DNA from: a virus
Taxonomy: Duplodnaviria > Caudoviricetes
Virus record (IMG/VR): IMGVR_UViG_3300027963_000056
Location: 29,912 to 93,911 of that record
DNA length: 64,000 nucleotides
Direction: 5' to 3' (one strand)
Shown here: one piece after another, positions 46,090 through 56,653 of the stretch
Layout: each line of letters opens with the position of its first letter
How positions within the stretch are numbered: position 1 is the first letter of the stretch
Notes under the pieces: generated by a model
Database searches by the model: none
Seen by the model: the letters and a program-made list of their open reading frames with translations, nothing else
Told to the model about the DNA's origin: nothing
Program-made: the position numbers and the translations under genes

Positions 46090-46308
46090 ATGACAAATGA
46101 AGTATACAAATCAGCCAATGGCAAAACTGTAGACATGGGCGCCTTGCGCCTGCAAAACGAAAAGGTTCGTGCTGTGGGCAACATGCGTGTGAATGCTCGC
46201 GGCGATGTTATTAATGACAACAATGAAGTTATTCGCACTAGAAACGAACAAGTTTCAAAACAATATCAAAAACAAACCCAGCCAAATTCACCTAAAGGAC
46301 GTCAATGA
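46090..46308 (+). CDS. Small phage protein
   Basis: Y.SANGK.VDM..L...NE...AVGNM.VNARGD; AGGAG RBS; TAAATA. Confidence 0.8.
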   Translation: MTNEVYKSANGKTVDMGALRLQNEKVRAVGNMRVNARGDVINDNNEVIRTRNEQVSKQYQKQTQPNSPKGRQ

Positions 46309-46706
46309 CCAAACCAGCATTCGAAGCGCACAGATTCAATCGTGATCAAATTCGTCCACTCAACGATGTGGTTATTGTGGGCGAGATGGTGTTTACCGAA
46401 CGTTTTACCAACACAGGCATTGTGTTGCTCAGTGACAACGGCAAAAGTTCAGGCATTCGCCCGCGCTGGGGCCAGGTGTATGCAGTGGGCCCGGATCAAA
46501 AGGATGTGCGTGTGGGCGAGTGGGTTTGTGTGGCACACGGTCGTTGGACCCGCGGAATTGACGTGGAAGACGAGTCTGGCAAGCATACCTTGAGACGAAT
46601 AGATCCCAAAGATATCTTGTTAAGCGCAGATGACATGCCCGATGATTTGACATTCTCGGGTGCAATACATGTAGAAGCCAAACCCACACACATGCAACAC
46701 ACATGA
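46305..46706 (+). CDS. groES: GroES-like co-chaperonin
   Basis: IRPLND.VIV...GIVL...GQVYAVGP...V.VGEWV. Confidence 0.8.
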   Translation: MTKPAFEAHRFNRDQIRPLNDVVIVGEMVFTERFTNTGIVLLSDNGKSSGIRPRWGQVYAVGPDQKDVRVGEWVCVAHGRWTRGIDVEDESGKHTLRRIDPKDILLSADDMPDDLTFSGAIHVEAKPTHMQHT

Positions 46707-46948
46707 CCACGGACTGGAATGTGCAAACCGTTATTTGGGAATGCCAAAAAATGTACCACGGAGCAAATGATCCACACATGACGGGTTTTGTCAATTGGCC
46801 TTGCAAACAAGACTTGTATCGTGTAAAATTTGCTGTAGACGAGATGCTCCGGAACACTGGCACATTTGTTGGTGAACAGGAGTGGTTGGACGAACAGCAA
46901 AAGGAAAAAATGTGGAAGGCACTAAATGACACAACATCTAATAAATGA
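46703..46948 (+). CDS. Hypothetical protein
   Basis: ATGA-coupled. Confidence 0.75.
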   Translation: MTTDWNVQTVIWECQKMYHGANDPHMTGFVNWPCKQDLYRVKFAVDEMLRNTGTFVGEQEWLDEQQKEKMWKALNDTTSNK

Positions 46949-47138
46949 AGCAGGTGGTATTCGAACCTATATCGAAACACAAGAATTGGCTAATCCTCAA
47001 CACCAGGAATGGCGTCGTGTGAGAATTTACACAACATATGAAAACTCACGTGATCCCGAATACCGACAAAATCAACTTGATTTGTGCCTGGAACCAGGAG
47101 CATTTGCAAATCTCAAAGCCGTAGTAAACAGTCTTTAA
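46926..47138 (+). CDS. Hypothetical protein
   Basis: Tiles between neighbours. Confidence 0.65.
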   Translation: MTQHLINEAGGIRTYIETQELANPQHQEWRRVRIYTTYENSRDPEYRQNQLDLCLEPGAFANLKAVVNSL

Positions 47139-47152
47139 GAAAGCAGATACAG

Positions 47153-48076
47153 ATGAAAGAATTATGGGTAGAAAAGTATCGTCCTCGAACCGTGGACGGT
47201 TATGTGTTTGTGGATGATGCACAGCGTGAACAGGTACAACAATGGATCCGCGATGGATCAATTCCGCACTTGATGTTTTCGGGATCAGCAGGCACAGGCA
47301 AAACAACCTTGGCCAAAATGTTGATCAATGAACTGGGCGTGGACGAATACGACGTGATGTTTGCAAACGGTTCCAAAGAGGCTCGCAAGGTCGAATGGGT
47401 AGATAGACTGATCTCATTCTGTCAAACCATGCCGTTTGGCCAGTTCAAGGTTGTGTTGATCGACGAAGCAGACTACATGAATCCCAACTCAGTACAACCT
47501 GCACTTCGCAACCTCATGGAAGACTACAGCCAAACAGTGAGATTTATTCTTACTTGTAACTATCCTTCAAAGATTATTCCGCCCTTGCACTCACGCTGTC
47601 AGAAACTACAAATCAACAAAACCGATCACACAGAGTTCACTGCTAGAGCCGCCACGGTGTTGGTCACAGAAGGCGTGGAGTTTGATCTAGATGATCTGGA
47701 TACCTATGTCAAAGCCACATATCCAGATCTTCGAAAATGTCTAAACTTGCTACAGCCCAATTCACAAACTGGTCGATTATTGCCGCCTAGTTCTACAGAC
47801 AAAAGTGCAGGAGACTGGCGCCTGGATTGCGTGGACTTGTTCAAACATGGACGTGTGCGTGAAGCCAGAACCTTGATGTGCCAAAGTGCCAGCCCAGAAG
47901 AATCAGAAGAAATATTCCGTTGGATGTACGACAACCTGGAATTGTTCGGTCAATCTATCGAGCAACAGGACCAAGCCATTGTGATCATTCGCGATGGTAT
48001 TGCCAAAATTCCCTTGGTTGCTGACCAAGAAATCAACTTGAGCGCCACACTAATTGAACTCACTAATATCACTTGA
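47153..48076 (+). CDS. Sliding-clamp loader AAA+ subunit (RFC small / T4 gp44-like)
   Basis: LWVEKYRP, GSAGTGKTT, IDEADY, FILTCNY, SRC, DLRK. Confidence 0.95.
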   Translation: MKELWVEKYRPRTVDGYVFVDDAQREQVQQWIRDGSIPHLMFSGSAGTGKTTLAKMLINELGVDEYDVMFANGSKEARKVEWVDRLISFCQTMPFGQFKVVLIDEADYMNPNSVQPALRNLMEDYSQTVRFILTCNYPSKIIPPLHSRCQKLQINKTDHTEFTARAATVLVTEGVEFDLDDLDTYVKATYPDLRKCLNLLQPNSQTGRLLPPSSTDKSAGDWRLDCVDLFKHGRVREARTLMCQSASPEESEEIFRWMYDNLELFGQSIEQQDQAIVIIRDGIAKIPLVADQEINLSATLIELTNIT

Positions 48077-49172
48077 ACCAGCCATAGATCCCAACAATAA
48101 AATCACATTCTTATTAGATTGGGAACTCACAATGAAGTGCAATCTAGATTGCACATATTGTACAACAGGTATCTATGGCGGCCACGATAATACACAACGG
48201 CATCCCCCTGTGGCAGAATGTTTGCGTACTATTGACTTTATGTTTGAATATGCTGACATCTACATGGCCACCAAACCCCAGGGCATTCGCTATGTGATAC
48301 TTAATGTGTATGGCGGCGAAGCATTACACCACCCTAATATTGTAGAAATATTGAGTGTATTACGTGAGAGATATCAACCATACCAAGATCGCTGGCACCT
48401 GACTGTGACCACAACCACCAATGCTATTATTGCACCGCATCGCCTGGACCGCATCATTCCCTTTATTGATGAATTTACTGTGAGTTATCATAGTGAAAAT
48501 ACCGCGGAACAAAAGCAACAGTTTTGCGATAATTTATTAAGAATCAAGGAAGCCGGGCGTAGTCAAAAATGTGTGGTACTCATGCACTCTGAACCAGACC
48601 ACTTTGCAGATGCACAAGAAATGATTGCATGGTTGAACAAAAACAGTATCAAGAACCTACCAAGACAACTGGATCATTTTTCTCCATTTACTTTTAATTA
48701 CAATCGGCAACAAGTGGTTTGGTTTGAAGGTTTGTACAAAAAAACTTTGGATCATGCTGTAATGCGTGGTGATAACAAGGCCGATCTGGCGGACACTGGA
48801 AGAGCCTGTTGTGGCGGTCGGGAATTGTGCGCAGATCAAAATTATAGGACTAGGCAAAAGTTTGTAGCAAACAAATTCCCTGGTTGGTATTGCAGTGTAA
48901 ATCATTTCTTTTTGTATGTAAAACAAGTTAATGGCGAAGTTTACGTCAATAAAGATTGTAAAATGAACTACGACGGTACCGTGGGACCAATTGGCAATCT
49001 AAACAACACAGCACCAATTTTGTTGCAGGCACGTGACTCTGACAAACCGATTATCCGATGTGCCAAGGAACGATGCTATTGCGGACTTTGTGCGCCCAAG
49101 GCAGCCGACCTAGATACATACAAATCCATTATGAGGAAATATGAGATACCTAATCCTGACATACCTCACTAA
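48054..49172 (+). CDS. Radical SAM enzyme with C-terminal SPASM-like Cys cluster
   Basis: CNLDCTYC, GGEAL, TTN, VSYH; WYC...DC...C...C.CG.C; TTG start. Confidence 0.88.
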   Translation: MNSLISLEPAIDPNNKITFLLDWELTMKCNLDCTYCTTGIYGGHDNTQRHPPVAECLRTIDFMFEYADIYMATKPQGIRYVILNVYGGEALHHPNIVEILSVLRERYQPYQDRWHLTVTTTTNAIIAPHRLDRIIPFIDEFTVSYHSENTAEQKQQFCDNLLRIKEAGRSQKCVVLMHSEPDHFADAQEMIAWLNKNSIKNLPRQLDHFSPFTFNYNRQQVVWFEGLYKKTLDHAVMRGDNKADLADTGRACCGGRELCADQNYRTRQKFVANKFPGWYCSVNHFFLYVKQVNGEVYVNKDCKMNYDGTVGPIGNLNNTAPILLQARDSDKPIIRCAKERCYCGLCAPKAADLDTYKSIMRKYEIPNPDIPH

Positions 49173-49452
49173 ACCTAGTGGCCAAATTGACGAAGTCATG
49201 ACAGTGGCCCGAAGCCTAAAAGCCCGTGATCATCAAACGGCAAATGTAATACTTGACTTTAAAACCTTAACTGTGTTAAAATGTAGTATGAGCGGTGTAA
49301 CAGTTCCTAGAGACTTTGACCGCATTGTGGAATACTACCACCAACACTACGAATCAACCATCTCAAGGTTGTTTCAAGAAAATGGATATGAAATTGTCAA
49401 ATCTGATCAAACTACCGACACGAAACAACCTGCAGAAAACAATCCTAGTTGA
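49141..49452 (+). CDS. Hypothetical phage protein
   Basis: MRYL..TY..KP.GQIDE...NVILDF. Confidence 0.75.
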   Translation: MRYLILTYLTKPSGQIDEVMTVARSLKARDHQTANVILDFKTLTVLKCSMSGVTVPRDFDRIVEYYHQHYESTISRLFQENGYEIVKSDQTTDTKQPAENNPS

Positions 49453-50008
49453 TGCAGATGGTGTGTTATTAGACTGGGAGTATGCATTCTCGGTCTGGAT
49501 GGACGAACACGGACATGAAAAACAAGCCGGCTCGGAATTCATATATGACATTGGAGATCGATATGGCATCTCTAAAGAACAAGGTCGTAAATTAATTAAA
49601 ATTTTCAACGAATCAGCCGCAATTGGTTTCTTGCCACCCTTACGTGATGCCATGTATTATGTCAAACGACTGCATGAAGAACACGGATATGTGTTCCATT
49701 GTATTACCAGCCTGAGTCTAGACGTCAACGCCGGCCGATTGCGTGAAATGAATCTGCGCAAGTTATTTGGCAAGACAGCATTTGAACGAATTGTGTGCTT
49801 GGCAACCGGTGCGGACAAAAATGACGCACTGGAACCCTATCGTGGATCCAATCTCTACTGGGTCGAGGATAAAATTGAAAATGCTGACCTTGGGCACAGC
49901 ATGGGATTGCACAGCATATTAATGGAACACGGGCACAACATGAATCATGAGTGCCCGTATCCGGTCGTCAAAAATTGGCGGGAAATCTACGAAATTATCA
50001 CCTCCTAA
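49388..50008 (+). CDS. HAD-family 5'(3')-deoxyribonucleotidase-like protein
   Basis: ILVDADGVLLDW, ITS, WVEDK..N. Confidence 0.85.
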   Translation: MKLSNLIKLPTRNNLQKTILVDADGVLLDWEYAFSVWMDEHGHEKQAGSEFIYDIGDRYGISKEQGRKLIKIFNESAAIGFLPPLRDAMYYVKRLHEEHGYVFHCITSLSLDVNAGRLREMNLRKLFGKTAFERIVCLATGADKNDALEPYRGSNLYWVEDKIENADLGHSMGLHSILMEHGHNMNHECPYPVVKNWREIYEIITS

Positions 50009-50739
50009 ACTGCGTAGAGTTTCAACACTGACCCAATGATCTTGTGGCGTTGAACGTCACGAGACTCCAATGTGCAAACAGCAATACCCTGTGTGGGCAT
50101 TGACTGCAAGCGTTCACAAAGATCCAGCAGGCCGTTGTCTCCGCTATGTCGGTCGGCCTGCTCCACATCTCCTGTGATCACTATCTTTGAATTCGTCCCT
50201 ATTCGAGTCATCAACATCTTGACCTGTGCCGGGGTTGCATTTTGCATTTCATCGGCAATAATCCATGAGTTTTTAAAGGTACGGCCACGCATGAAAGCCA
50301 GAGGCGAAATCTCCACTACCTGATCTTCTATAAGGGCTACAATGTCCTGGGCACGATAATATTCGCGCATGACATCTAATAAGGGACGAGTCCACGGTTC
50401 CATTTTGGCAACCAAATTGCCCGGGAGGAAACCATGACTTTCTCCCTCCACACCCACTGCTGGGCGTGTCATTACGATCCTGTCACACTCACCTTCTTTT
50501 AGTGCCTTAACGGCCGCCTGCATGGCTAGATAAGTTTTGCCCGTACCTGCGGGACCTACTGTAACTACTATGTGGGCGTCAGGGTCTTGTAGAGCCATGA
50601 CCAAGCGTTCTTGATTTCGTGTGCGAGGGATCAAGTCTATGCGGCGTTGGGCCGTTCTAGGTGCTGGGTTAAAGCTAATGGTGTTTTCTACTGCCTGATT
50701 CATTCTTTTTTGTGCTTTCGCTGATCGCTGTCTACTCAA
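50005..50739 (-). CDS. phoH: PhoH-family ATPase
   Basis: GPAGTGKT, TRPAV, GFLPG, PLAFMRGRTF, DEMQN, TGD..QAD. Confidence 0.96.
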   Translation of the reverse strand: MSRQRSAKAQKRMNQAVENTISFNPAPRTAQRRIDLIPRTRNQERLVMALQDPDAHIVVTVGPAGTGKTYLAMQAAVKALKEGECDRIVMTRPAVGVEGESHGFLPGNLVAKMEPWTRPLLDVMREYYRAQDIVALIEDQVVEISPLAFMRGRTFKNSWIIADEMQNATPAQVKMLMTRIGTNSKIVITGDVEQADRHSGDNGLLDLCERLQSMPTQGIAVCTLESRDVQRHKIIGSVLKLYAV

Positions 50740-50914
50740 GTTCTATTCTCCTGGTAAAAGTCCTTTCGGACCAACCTATTTACGGTGTGTGTGAAACTGA
50801 TAACCTGGTGTTATTTTCTATAGATATGGTCACTAAATACTGACCAGGCGCGGGCAGTTCAGGGATATTGTCAAGATTGAGTTTTGGAATAAATATCCAG
50901 AGAGACTCAAAATC

Positions 50915-53900
50915 ATGCCCACAAATAACAATATCAACTATGCTCCAACCGCAGTAGACACTGGCGCTGCCGCACCTGTCCCAATTGGACCACTTGACAC
51001 AGGCCCTGCGGCTGTTGATCCGGGTCCTGGATTGGGGGTAACCCCAACCACTAGAGCGCCTGTTATTCCACAAGTGGAACAACCGGTACAAACACAGTTG
51101 ACTCCAGAAGGAGCCAATGGTCCAAATGTTGGTGGGACCAATCAACAACGATATATCACTATCCTTTTTGATGGCACAGTTGTTACAAATAATGCTACAT
51201 CTTTGAATTTTACAGGAAACGGAGTTTCTGTTTCTAATTTGGGAACTACTGGTGCTAATATTGTGATCACTGCAGGTGGTGGCGGAAACGGCAACTATAG
51301 CAATAGCAATGTCAGTGCCTTTTTGGCTGCATTTGGAAGCAATACAGTAAGCACCACAGGCAATGTAACTGCTGGATATGTGTTTGGTAATGGCTCACAA
51401 CTGACAGGTATTGTGGCAACTTCTAGTTATGCCAATGCCAATGTTGTGGCTAACCTGGCTGCTTTGGGCACGAATCCAGTGTCAACAACAGGTAATGTCA
51501 CAGCAAGTTACTTGTTTGGTAATGGTTCACAACTGAGTGGTATTACTGCAAATTACAGCAACTCAAATGTCAGTGCGTTTTTGGCTGCTTTTGGCAGCAA
51601 CGCAGTAAGTACCACAGGAACTGTGACTGCAGGCAACATCACCGGTGGTAATATGTTAACTGGTGGATTAATATCAGCAACTGGTACTGTAACTGGCTCT
51701 AGTCATTTGGGCGCGGTTGTATCAGTCACTGCCAACATAACCGGTGGTAATATTGTGACAGCAGGCTTGATCACAGCCACAGGTAATGTAGCAGGCAATT
51801 ATTTTATTGGTAACGGCTCCCAACTAACAGGTATTACTGGAACGTATGGCAACTCAAATGTGGTGGCTAATCTGGCTGCCTTGGGTTCAAACCCAGTATC
51901 AACAACAGGAACAGTGACGGCGGGCAATATCACAGGTGGTAATGTGTTAACAGGTGGATTGGTCAGTGCAACTGGCAATATCGCCGGCAACGTGTTTATT
52001 GGTAACGGATCACAACTGACCGGTATCACTGGAACATACGGTAATGCCAATGTGGTTGCTAACTTGGCTGCCTTGGGCAGTAATCCAGTATCGACTACAG
52101 GTAATGTAAACAGTGGTAACCTATTGACGGGTGGTTTGATAAGTGCTACTGGTACTGTGACTGGTTCAAGTTTGTTAGGTTCAGTAGTATCTGTCACTGC
52201 CAACATCACAGGTGGTAATATCCTAACTGCTGGTGTTGTATCGGCTACAGGCAATGTGTCTGGTAATTTCTTTATTGGTAACGGATCACAACTGACAGGT
52301 ATTGCGGCTTCATATGGCAACGCCAATGTGACCACATTGTTGAGTACTTTGGGCAGTAACATTATTAGTGGAACTGGCAATATCACAACAACTGCCAACA
52401 TCTCGGGCGGTTATATCCTGGGTAATGGTTCACAGTTGACTGGATTACCAGCAAATTATGGCAATGCTAACGTGGTAGCCAACCTGGCTGCCCTGGGTAC
52501 TAACCCGGTCAGTACAACAGGTAACATAACAGGTGGCAATCTATTAACAGGTGGACTGATAAGTGCTACATCAACCATTACTTCAGCGGCAAATATCACA
52601 GGTGGTAATGTACTAACTAGTGGCTTGATAAGTGCTACATCAACAATCACCAGTGCGGCAAATATCACAGGTGGCAACATCTTGACAGGCGGACTAATCA
52701 GTTCAACTGGTACTATTACTGGCACAAGTCACTTGGGTTCAGTTGTATCTGTTACTGCCAACATCACTGGTGGTAATGTCCTAACAGGTGGTGTAGTATC
52801 AGCAACTGCTAACGTCACTGGTGGTAATATCATCACCGCAGGCGTGATCACAGCCACTGGCAATATTGCTGGTAATGTGTTTATTGGTAACGGCTCACAA
52901 CTGACAGGTATTACCGGAACGTATGGTAACTCAAATGTGGTGGCCAACCTGGCTGCTTTGGGCTCAAATCCAGTTAGCACCACTGGCAATGTCAACGGTG
53001 GTAATTTGCTTACAGGTGGCCTAATAAGTTCAACTGGTACTGTGACTGGCTCAAGTTTGTTAGGTTCAGTGGTGTCAGTAACTGCCAACATCACAGGTGG
53101 AAATGTCCTGACTGCTGGTTTGGTTTCCGCGACATCAACTATAACTTCAGCGGCAAATATCACAGGTGGTAACATATTGACTGCCGGTTTGATATCAGCA
53201 ACTTCAACAATCACCAGTGCTGCCAACATAACCGGTGGTAATGTACTAACAGGTGGGTTTGTTAGTGCCACAAGCACAATCACATCAGCCGCAAATATCA
53301 CTGGTGGTAACATATTGACAGGTGGATTAATCAGTTCAACTGGTACTATTACTGGCTCTAGTCATTTGGGTGCAGTGGTAAGTGTGACGGCCAACGTTAC
53401 AGGTGGTAATGTACTAACTGCTGGACTAATCAGCGCAACAAGTACAATTACCAGTGCTGCCAACATTACAGGTGGTAATGTTTTATTTGGATCAGGTATT
53501 GTTTCTGGTACTGGTAATATCTATGGCGGAAATATTATTGGTACACTAGCACCTACAACTTTAGTTGCAAGTGGTAATATCACTGGCGGTAACTTGCTGA
53601 CAGGTGGCTTGATCAGTGCTACTGCCAATATCACAGGTGGCAATGTCATAACTGGCGGATTGATTTCAGCAACATCAACCATTACCTCAGCAGCCAACAT
53701 CACAGGTGGTAACATCTTAACTGCTGGATTGATCAGTGCTACTGCCAATATCACAGGTGGTAATTTGTTGACTGCTGGTCTTATTAGTGCAACTTCAACA
53801 ATCACAAGTGCGGCAAATGTAACCGGTGGCAATGTATTGACTGCTGGTGTGATATCAGCAACATCAACTATCACAAGTGCCGCAAACGTGGTAGGTGGTA

Positions 53901-54664
53901 ACATAACCACCGCAGGCTTGATTACTGCTACTGCCAACATCACAGGTGGTAATTTGTTAACAGGTGGATTGGTATCGGCCACTGCTAACATAACTGGTGG
54001 TAACATCGCCACAGCAGGTTTGATCACAGCAACAGGTAACATTACCTCTGTGGCCAACATTGCCGGTGGTAACATCTTGACTGCTGGCATAATGAGTTCA
54101 ACAGGTAATGCCACACACGGCAACATACTAACTGCTGGATTGATAAGTGCTACTGCCAACATAACTGGTGGCAATTTAATTGGTATCCACGCCAATGGAA
54201 CCAGTAACATCAGTATTCCTACTATCAGTGCAAACATACTGTTTAGCACTGCCGGCAATGCCAACGTGTTGGTCATAGCCAACACAGGTATTGTGGCCAA
54301 CGTGCTGGCACCCACCACAGCAACTCCAGCCAACGGTGTGGGTTACATAGGTATGCCAGTGAGTACCATAACTGGTACAGGTACACTGACCATTGTGGAT
54401 GCTGGTAAACTGGTTTACATCACAGGCGCCAGCCAGACTGTGACTATCCCTGCCAACGGTTCAGTGGCGTTCCCAATTGGAACTGCCATAACATTCATTG
54501 CTGGTCCTGCTTCAAGTGCCACCAGCATTGCTATCACAACAGATACCATGTATCTGGCAGGCACAGGCACAACAGGCACAAGAACAATGGCTGCCAACGC
54601 CATGGCCACTGCGGTCAAAGTGGCCAGTACCACCTGGTACATCAACGGAACAGGACTGACATAA
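50915..54664 (+). CDS. Long repetitive fibre protein
   Basis: 1249 aa of ANITGGN.LT.GLISAT and GNGSQLTG...YGN.NV repeats; C-terminal VTIP.N..VAFPIGT.I...W.I.G domain. Confidence 0.88.
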   Translation: MPTNNNINYAPTAVDTGAAAPVPIGPLDTGPAAVDPGPGLGVTPTTRAPVIPQVEQPVQTQLTPEGANGPNVGGTNQQRYITILFDGTVVTNNATSLNFTGNGVSVSNLGTTGANIVITAGGGGNGNYSNSNVSAFLAAFGSNTVSTTGNVTAGYVFGNGSQLTGIVATSSYANANVVANLAALGTNPVSTTGNVTASYLFGNGSQLSGITANYSNSNVSAFLAAFGSNAVSTTGTVTAGNITGGNMLTGGLISATGTVTGSSHLGAVVSVTANITGGNIVTAGLITATGNVAGNYFIGNGSQLTGITGTYGNSNVVANLAALGSNPVSTTGTVTAGNITGGNVLTGGLVSATGNIAGNVFIGNGSQLTGITGTYGNANVVANLAALGSNPVSTTGNVNSGNLLTGGLISATGTVTGSSLLGSVVSVTANITGGNILTAGVVSATGNVSGNFFIGNGSQLTGIAASYGNANVTTLLSTLGSNIISGTGNITTTANISGGYILGNGSQLTGLPANYGNANVVANLAALGTNPVSTTGNITGGNLLTGGLISATSTITSAANITGGNVLTSGLISATSTITSAANITGGNILTGGLISSTGTITGTSHLGSVVSVTANITGGNVLTGGVVSATANVTGGNIITAGVITATGNIAGNVFIGNGSQLTGITGTYGNSNVVANLAALGSNPVSTTGNVNGGNLLTGGLISSTGTVTGSSLLGSVVSVTANITGGNVLTAGLVSATSTITSAANITGGNILTAGLISATSTITSAANITGGNVLTGGFVSATSTITSAANITGGNILTGGLISSTGTITGSSHLGAVVSVTANVTGGNVLTAGLISATSTITSAANITGGNVLFGSGIVSGTGNIYGGNIIGTLAPTTLVASGNITGGNLLTGGLISATANITGGNVITGGLISATSTITSAANITGGNILTAGLISATANITGGNLLTAGLISATSTITSAANVTGGNVLTAGVISATSTITSAANVVGGNITTAGLITATANITGGNLLTGGLVSATANITGGNIATAGLITATGNITSVANIAGGNILTAGIMSSTGNATHGNILTAGLISATANITGGNLIGIHANGTSNISIPTISANILFSTAGNANVLVIANTGIVANVLAPTTATPANGVGYIGMPVSTITGTGTLTIVDAGKLVYITGASQTVTIPANGSVAFPIGTAITFIAGPASSATSIAITTDTMYLAGTGTTGTRTMAANAMATAVKVASTTWYINGTGLT

Positions 54665-56013
54665 TGAGTGGAATAATGGGCGGACTGCTGAGCAGTTACA
54701 GTATCCAGACACCAGCCACGCTGGTAATGAATTTGGACGCCACAGTTGGTGCCATGCCTGGTTCCAACATAACAACCAGTGCCAGTTTTGACGGTTCAAC
54801 ACAACGTCTAAGCACCACTGGTTTACTGGCCACTGGCGCTGCCGAAGGCACAAACATGGGCACTGGTAACTTTACCTGGGAATGTTGGGTACGACCCACT
54901 GCCAGCATAGGCTACCAAGCATTTATAGACACTCGTGGGCAAGAAACAGGATATTCAGCAGTGGAAACAGATGGTGCTTTTTTTGGGCTCAACAACAATA
55001 CTCTTTTTCCTATATATTATTCATCAGGGGCACTAATCACATCTTCAATTGCAGTGACGCTGAATACGTGGACGCACGTGGCTGTGGTCAGAAATTCAGG
55101 CACAACCACATTGTATGTGGGCGGAGTCAGTGGCGGCACTTATGCAGACAGTTTGGATTTGTCAGCACCTTATGTTAATATAGGTGGCACGGCCATTGGT
55201 GGTCTTTGGCTGACAGGACAAATATCCAATTTGCGCATGGTTAAAGGCACAGCAGTCTATACAGCAGGCTTTGTTCCACCAACAAGTACACTAAGAGCCA
55301 TTGCTGGCACACAGTTGTTGTTGCCACTTGCTGCCACAGTGTTTACAGACATGTCCTCAAACTTGCTTGCAATAACAAATACTGGAACAGTGATAACAAC
55401 AGCACAAGCACCAACACTTGCCGCGGCCACCACTGACTTTACAGGAACCTACGCTATTACCACAACCAATGCAGGCGCTACTATTACCTACAACAGTGCC
55501 AATGGTGGCGTGTTTAGAAAAAGCACTAGTTCGGGTGCAGATGTCATGATACTTGGTCCAAATTATGTTACTGGACAGAGTTACAGTGTATTCATGGCCT
55601 ACAAAATATCTGCAACATCGGCTGGTAGATTGTTGAACACTAACAGTGAAGCAACTAAAGATTGGTTGTTGGGAGCCTACAATGGTAATCCCAACGCATT
55701 CTATCCCAACTTCTCAGTGAACTTGCCTAGTACAGGTGCGGACACTGTGTGGCATTTTGCATGGGGCACATTCAATACTGGCACAAGTCTGGGACAACTG
55801 TACACCGCAACCAGTGCTCAGCCAACCGGTACATCATTTGCTGTGACCAATGCCGGCGGAGGTGGGTTTAACCAGCTAAGATTGTTTAGTCGTTCGGCCG
55901 GCTCTGAAGTGCAAACTGCTGACATAGGAATGATCAGAGTGTACAATGGTGTGGTGACTTTGGCGCAAGTTCAGTCACAGTACGCGGCCTTCAAGGCAAG
56001 ATTTGGATACTAA
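54664..56013 (+). CDS. LamG/concanavalin-A-like lectin domain virion protein
   Basis: NFTWECWV, WTHVAVVR...LYVGG, GQISNLR; second jelly-roll ending RVYN...Y...K.RFG. Confidence 0.85.
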   Translation: MSGIMGGLLSSYSIQTPATLVMNLDATVGAMPGSNITTSASFDGSTQRLSTTGLLATGAAEGTNMGTGNFTWECWVRPTASIGYQAFIDTRGQETGYSAVETDGAFFGLNNNTLFPIYYSSGALITSSIAVTLNTWTHVAVVRNSGTTTLYVGGVSGGTYADSLDLSAPYVNIGGTAIGGLWLTGQISNLRMVKGTAVYTAGFVPPTSTLRAIAGTQLLLPLAATVFTDMSSNLLAITNTGTVITTAQAPTLAAATTDFTGTYAITTTNAGATITYNSANGGVFRKSTSSGADVMILGPNYVTGQSYSVFMAYKISATSAGRLLNTNSEATKDWLLGAYNGNPNAFYPNFSVNLPSTGADTVWHFAWGTFNTGTSLGQLYTATSAQPTGTSFAVTNAGGGGFNQLRLFSRSAGSEVQTADIGMIRVYNGVVTLAQVQSQYAAFKARFGY

Positions 56014-56038
56014 TAGCAGTATCCATAAATAAACTATC

Positions 56039-56653
56039 ATGCAAACACACAACCGACATGGCGTCCGCGATCGCGATCTATTTAAAGATCACACCGACTA
56101 CTGGCAAGTAGCCGACAACATTCGCGACATCTACATGAGCGAGGGCAGTTTGACTACCCTGCTGGACTTTGAGCGTGTGCTGGACGAAGTAGATATCTAC
56201 GCATTCAAGAACTGGGAAATTGGGGAACTTGTGGACGGTCCCGAAATTGGCAAGTACCGTGTGACTTGTACGTTTATGTGGCCTTTGCGAATGATGCCCG
56301 ATCCCCGTGGTGGACGCAGATTATTAGCATTTGACTGCGAAGTTGAATATCAGCGCAAAGAAATAAAGATTCCCATTAAGATCACAGATCCGTCGGATTA
56401 TCGTCCGGGCACCAAAAAGGCCAAATTGGTCACTAAAGACGTGTGGCTGGTCACAATCACCATGCCCAAGGCCTTGATGAATGACATCCGCACAGGATCA
56501 ATCGAAATGGAAGATCAGGACATTGATCTAGATGAATTAGATCAGGCCTACGAAAACGATTTGGACAAAGAGGAAAATCAAAGCGATGAACAAGCCAAAG
56601 CCGCTCAACAATCCCTTCAACAGCAGCCAGCCGCTACCGGCCCTGCTGTCTGA
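56039..56653 (+). CDS. Late phage protein
   Basis: LLDFERVLDE.D.YAF.NW..GELV.GP, MPDP.GG.RL; TAAATA upstream. Confidence 0.8.
   Translation: MQTHNRHGVRDRDLFKDHTDYWQVADNIRDIYMSEGSLTTLLDFERVLDEVDIYAFKNWEIGELVDGPEIGKYRVTCTFMWPLRMMPDPRGGRRLLAFDCEVEYQRKEIKIPIKITDPSDYRPGTKKAKLVTKDVWLVTITMPKALMNDIRTGSIEMEDQDIDLDELDQAYENDLDKEENQSDEQAKAAQQSLQQQPAATGPAV

Noticed and set aside
51799-54333. Long antisense ORFs (LPPV..AV repeats) opposite the fibre gene, likewise 37696..38942
   Set aside because: Shadows of the repetitive Gly/Thr/Asn/Ala codons of the real fibre genes
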